A stretch of DNA of 63,899 bases, filler included, from Lenisia limosa (lineage: Eukaryota; Protista; Breviatea): assembly GCA_001655205.1 (NCBI GenBank). It is 8 parts of 8 records of this genome, joined end to end, with 100 filler letters (N's around TTAATTAATTAA, not from the genome) between each part and the next. Parts side by side here need not be neighbours in the genome. Positions count along the whole stretch, not along the records: positions 54,281 to 62,060 come from LPNZ01008626.1; positions 62,161 to 63,899 come from LPNZ01002860.1; 6 more parts are not named here. One strand, 5' to 3'. Position 1 is the stretch's first letter. Every line of letters starts with the position of its first letter. Under the pieces are notes generated by a model, which was not told the origin of the DNA, did no database searches, and saw only the letters and a program-made list of their open reading frames with translations. The position numbers and the translations under genes are program-made. Shown here in pieces: positions 62,005-63,899 of this stretch.

Positions 62005-62060
62005 GCTGGGGAGGCACACAGAAAGCTGTGTGCACAGAGTTGTAAGGCAAATGATTGGGT
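62005..62060 (-). repeat. Repeat family B 3' half with perfect hairpin
   Basis: acccaatcatttgccttacaactctgt-gcacacag-cttt-ctgtgtgc-ctccccag (8-bp stem, 4-nt loop). Confidence 0.85.
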
Positions 62061-62160
62061 NNNNNNNNNNNNNNNNNNNNNNNNNNNNNNNNNNNNNNNN
62101 NNNNTTAATTAATTAANNNNNNNNNNNNNNNNNNNNNNNNNNNNNNNNNNNNNNNNNNNN
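62061..62160. other. Artificial scaffold linker
   Basis: N44-TTAATTAATTAA (62105-62116)-N44. Confidence 0.98.
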
Positions 62161-62341
62161 GTGATTGTGGAGTTTTTTTAGGGGTTGATGATGGGAGGGG
62201 TTTCATTTTATTACATACTCTATAGTATAGATGATATAGATAAGATAAGATGACGTATTCTTCTTGTTGATTTTTGATTTAGATAAAGTGTATGTTGTAT
62301 GATTTCATTTTTTTTTTATTATTATTATTATTTCCTTTTTA

Positions 62342-63899
62342 GGAAGGTCATTTCAGTCAAGCTCGCGCCCAATTTCAGCAACAAAACCCCAAAAAAGGGT
62401 AGTCCGACCAATTTCCGGTGAGATTTTGAGATTTGTATAGCTAACTAATTAAGTAACAGGAAGGTCCAAATAAAACTTACTACTATAACAGATACAACCT
62501 TATTTTTTATTTCCCATTGCTATATTATATAACAGGAAAATCTAGTTACTATACAGGAAAGTCACGCCCTGTATCAGCTAGTCGAGTCTCTCAGAAGGGT
62601 GGACTGCAGGTTGGTGGTTCTTTGAAGATAATAGAGTAAAGAAAATACATGGGGGCACGAAACAGTAAATTTTTTGGGAACCTTGTAATTGTGTATTCTG
62701 ACTGCCTTTATTCTGTTGTGATTAGAACCTTTTTACAACTATCCTTTATCAAATTGCTTCTTTCATCCCCCCCCCCNNNNNNNNNNNNNNNNNNNNNNNN
62801 NNNNNNNNNNNNNNNNNNNNNNNNNNNNNNNNNNNNNNNNNNNNNNNNNNNNNNNNNNNNNNNNNNNNNNNNNNNNNNNNNNNNNNNNNNNTCTTTGTTG
62901 TTTGCAACCCTTGTGTGATGTGACAACAGAGTTTATTTTGGGGTTTTAATTTTTTCATAATTTTTCAAATTGTACTCATCTCCCCTCAGGTACTTGGTGC
63001 AGATAATATGAAGACATTTGACCGTCCCATGCAATCCGAGCAAACTTCCATAGTAAAGAAGCAGGACCGTCCTTCTCAATCCGAGAAAACTTCCTCAGTA
63101 AAGACGCCGACTATGTGGGCAAGAGTACCTTACCCCCCAACGATGTTGATTTTGGGTGTTTTTTTCTTATTTTTTTTTATTTTTTTTCAGATGTTGCTTT
63201 TATTTTTATTTTTTTTTCTCCAGCATTCACCCTCTCTGGGCTTTGTGTATTGTCAGCCAACAGAGTTGATTTGGGTTTTTGTTTCATATATTTTCCANNN
63301 NNNNNNNNNNNNNNNNNNNNNNNNNNNNNNNNNNNNNNNNNNNNNNNNNNNNNNNNNNNNNNNNNNNNNNNNNNNNNNNNNNNNNNNNNNNNNNNNNNNN
63401 NNNNNNNNNNNNNNNNNNNNNNTCTCCCCCAAGAACCCCAAAGGTTGCTTTGTTTTTAACCCTTGTGTGTTTCCCAAATAATACTAGCCAACATAGTTGC
63501 TTCTGGGTTTGTTTGCTTGAGATATTGATTAAATGACTGAAGCCGTCCAAGTACATTATATGGCATATTATGGGTTATTGTATCTAGCCGAACCCGTCCA
63601 TCATGTTTGCTCCCTACTGTGCAAAGAACGTTATTTTAGGTTCCAAAATACATGAATTATCGATATTTATCAAGGATTTATCTAGAATTTAGTCTTTTTG
63701 GAACCGAAAGTGAAGCTCAAATTCTTATTCTAATAAGGTTTTGCCCATATCACGTTGATATTTGGATACAATTACGTTCCAGTGACTCCTATAGTAACCC
63801 AGTGGAGGGTTCTTCGGTATCCGAGGAAATGGACGAGGAAGAAGACCTTTCTGAGGTGGTTGACACCTTGGACGTTTTCAAAGACTGGTCTCAACGTAT
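62342..63899 (+). CDS. Gene fragment of unknown function, low-complexity exons
   Basis: EGHFSQARAQFQQQNPKKG; GKSSYYTGKSRPVSASRVSQKGGLQ|VLGADNMKTFDRPMQSEQTSIVKKQDRPSQSEKTSSVK; SEEMDEEEDLSEVVDTLDVFKDWSQR. Confidence 0.5.
62892..62986 (+). repeat. Repeat family C copy forming an intron 3' end
   Basis: caacccttgtgtgatgtgacaacagagtttattttgggg...cataatttttcaaattgtactcatctcccctcag|exon; colinear with 20780-20879 on another scaffold. Confidence 0.8.
63637..63717. mobile_element. MITE family A copy (left arm eroded)
   Basis: ggttccaaaa...gtctttttggaaccgaaagtgaagct. Confidence 0.7.

Noticed and set aside
18750-62060. Family B as a spliceosomal snRNA (U5/U12) or self-cleaving ribozyme
   Set aside because: Only a tgcctta fragment resembles U12/U5; no Sm site, branch-pairing sequence, or hammerhead/HDV core seen; copies diverge like neutral repeats.
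18288-62116. Seven exact TTAATTAATTAA motifs as a biological repeat, att site or CRISPR-like repeat
   Set aside because: Each is centred in exactly 44+44 Ns; this is a six-frame-stop linker used to concatenate scaffolds.
22004-63556. Long ORFs in the supplied track that contain X runs
   Set aside because: They are read-throughs of N gaps; real coding sequence is in short spliced exons.
1-63899. CRISPR array, rRNA, intact tRNA or prokaryotic operon
   Set aside because: No regularly spaced direct repeats with unique spacers, no rRNA-like segment and no complete cloverleaf seen; gene structure is spliceosomal.

Overview
AT-rich eukaryotic draft-assembly sequence, probably a protist (taxon not determinable by eye), with GT-AG introns and the standard genetic code. 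It is not one contiguous locus: seven artificial N44-TTAATTAATTAA-N44 linkers join eight scaffolds (1-18243, 18344-25551, 25652-43942, 44043-45880, 45981-51631, 51732-54180, 54281-62060, 62161-63899), so adjacency across linkers means nothing. Scaffold 1 is a cluster of decayed mobile-element genes: Ty3/gypsy-type RT-RNase H and integrase fragments, an intron-containing pogo/DDE_1-like transposase, an intron-containing phage-integrase/Xer-type tyrosine recombinase with a divergent frameshifted RecQ-like helicase, and several unassigned spliced pseudogenes. The other scaffolds carry multi-exon host genes: a calmodulin-like EF-hand protein, a Patched/RND-like membrane protein, NOT3/5, a protein kinase, a PLAC8 protein, and SPF27/BCAS2 head-to-head with crooked-neck/CLF1. 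Their introns contain at least four small repeat families. One family repeatedly lies sense to the host gene and ends in a poly-C tract, usually at the 3' splice site (candidate introner-like element). All gene models are hand-spliced and approximate; family calls rest on remembered motifs, not database searches.
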